Source: Eledone cirrhosa | Lineage: Eukaryota | NCBI GenBank assembly: GCA_964016885.1 | Contig: OZ024764.1 | Location: 8,432,001 to 8,496,000 of the forward strand | Length of the DNA stretch: 64,000 bases | Direction: 5' to 3' | In this document: positions 63,605 through 64,000 of the stretch, in pieces | Layout of the letters: the number at the start of each line of letters is the position of its first letter | How positions within the stretch are numbered: the stretch's first letter is position 1 | Made by a program: the position numbers and the translations under genes | The notes under the pieces: generated by a model | What the model was told of the DNA's origin: nothing | Database searches by the model: none | Seen by the model: the letters and a program-made list of their open reading frames with translations, nothing else

Positions 63605-64000
63605 GGGATTTGAACTCAGATCGTAAAGGGACGTAACTATGCTGGAAAGCATGTCCCACCCTCTACCACCTCGCCAGGATTTGAACTCAGATCGTAAAGG
63701 GACGTAACTATGCTGGAAAGCATGTCCCACCCTCTACCACCTCGCCAGGATTTGAACTCAGATCATAAAGGGACGTAACTATGCTGGAAAGCATGTCCCA
63801 CCCTCTACCACCTCGGTGGGATTTGAACTCAGATCATAAAGGGACGTAACTATGCTGGAAAGCATGTCCCACCCTCAACCACCTCGCCAGGATTTGAACT
63901 CAGATCATAAAGGGACGTAACTATGCTGGCAAGCATGTTCCACCCTCTACCACCTCGCCAGGATTTGAACTCAGATCATAAAGGGACGTAACTATGCTGG
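63605..64000 (-). repeat. 71-bp tandem array of the family-2 SINE tRNA-like head
   Basis: Minus-strand unit TGGCGAGGTGGtagag...GAGTTCAAATCC. Confidence 0.9.

Overview
Eukaryotic, AT-rich, repeat-dense genomic DNA. The (TA)n/(CA)n microsatellites, tRNA-derived SINEs and RTE/CR1 LINE tails are consistent with an octopus-like cephalopod (inference). Main gene: an RSRC2-like (Arg/Ser-rich, C-terminal SMAP domain) gene on the minus strand. I reconstructed it as 9 GT-AG exons with consistent phases (37608->2091, 1959 nt, 652 aa), including a 20-nt microexon. Intron 1 also holds a candidate 12-nt in-frame-stop (poison) microexon and a candidate 72-nt cassette exon. At the right end is the terminal exon of an unidentified minus-strand gene with an acidic segment followed by an Ala/Thr/Lys repeat. 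A further chain of candidate minus-strand exons lies at 45-57 kb. Most long ORFs in the track are artefacts of minisatellites, and several of these arrays are tandem amplifications of SINE/LINE or exon fragments. The most notable unexplained signal is about ten type I hammerhead-ribozyme folds. They belong to several sequence families, often have palindromic stem III or variant cores (CAGA/CCGA), and sit in fold-back elements next to (TA)n tracts, as expected for Penelope-like retroelement termini. Several lie in the sense orientation of the RSRC2 pre-mRNA. All structures were paired by eye; no searches were run.
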